A stretch of DNA of 64,000 bases, taken from Saccostrea cucullata (taxonomy: Eukaryota). The position numbers and the translations under genes were made by a program. The number at the start of each line of letters is the position of its first letter. The stretch's first letter is position 1. The stretch spans positions 1 through 64,000 of the forward strand of contig NW_026935306.1 of the NCBI RefSeq assembly GCF_032062105.1, given 5' to 3'. Below are positions 63,266 through 64,000 of this stretch, in pieces. Below the pieces are notes generated by a model that saw only the letters and a list, made by a program, of their open reading frames with translations, was not told where the DNA came from and ran no database searches.

Positions 63266-64000
63266 CTGGTGCCAGTGAAAGTAAGATTGGAAAGAGATTT
63301 GTCATTAGTTGAACAATTTATTATGAAAGAAGACCAAGTTACAATTAAAAAATAGTTGGATATTAATATCTAAACAATATTATTATTAAATTCCTAAAAT
63401 ATTATTTACTTCAGACATAAAAGATATGATTTAGAGAAAGTTCCTATCCTACAAGTAAATTCAAATTGGATATAGGATGCATGAAAGGTAGAGGAGGCGG
63501 GCTTAGATGATCACCATGCTTATCCTGGATAAGGATATCCTTTTCCGCCCATACTATGGCCTAGATTTTCCATTTGTTATAAATGGACTATTTATGTGAT
63601 AAAAATAATAACCTGCAAAATTAATTTAAGGTTTCCAACGAATAGATCACTTTTGGACTTTTACGAAAAGCACTGACTTTTACAGTTGACAGTTAACTTT
63701 GACATTTAAACCTGTGACATTTTTGGAGGTACTGAATTGATTATAAAGAAAATTTTTCCAGTAGTCATAAGTATAGTGTTAAGCCAATAACATGTGAATG
63801 CTGGGAATTGAGGGTAGCTTGGTTGTCGTTTTCTTCGGGGGCAACTTAATAATGCTTTGAAATGAGCTGTTGTTTCGTTTTTAAAAAACGGAGCGAAATA
63901 TTTATATAATAAAGGAGCTTCCGTACATTGTCCTAGAGTAAAAATAAGCCGTCAACAGTAACGGAATGAAAACAGAAAAATGACAAGCACTTATTGATCT

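Overview
AT-rich eukaryotic DNA, almost certainly oyster/bivalve (inferred from a 166-bp Cg170-type repeat inside a Helentron-like element, a Meta/Deu-type SINE and Naiad-type Penelope fragments). I reconstructed three minus-strand, intron-containing host genes by hand; most of their exons are too short for the ORF track. (A) 45468->13466, 18 exons: signal peptide, two units of [kringle + two copies of an unnamed six-cysteine module + short linkers] separated by a Ser/Thr stalk, one transmembrane helix, and a tyrosine-rich tail with a canonical ITAM (YEMI-x6-YDHL) plus 10 acidic 11-aa repeats. It carries three indel lesions; the two in the N-terminal unit can be bypassed by splicing and the third only shortens the C-terminus. 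(B) A tandem paralog starting at 6360 and running toward or off the left edge. (C) A complete two-exon secreted SUEL/rhamnose-binding lectin (61113->60388). The rest is nested transposons: an AcademX remnant between 242-bp direct repeats, a Tc1/mariner, a young but defective Gypsy, and a 12-kb hAT with a 5-bp TSD and a peptidase-C76-like (herpes deubiquitinase-like) N-terminus that hosts a CR1-type LINE and MITEs. Two assembly gaps are present. All domain and family names come from motif recognition by eye, not database searches.
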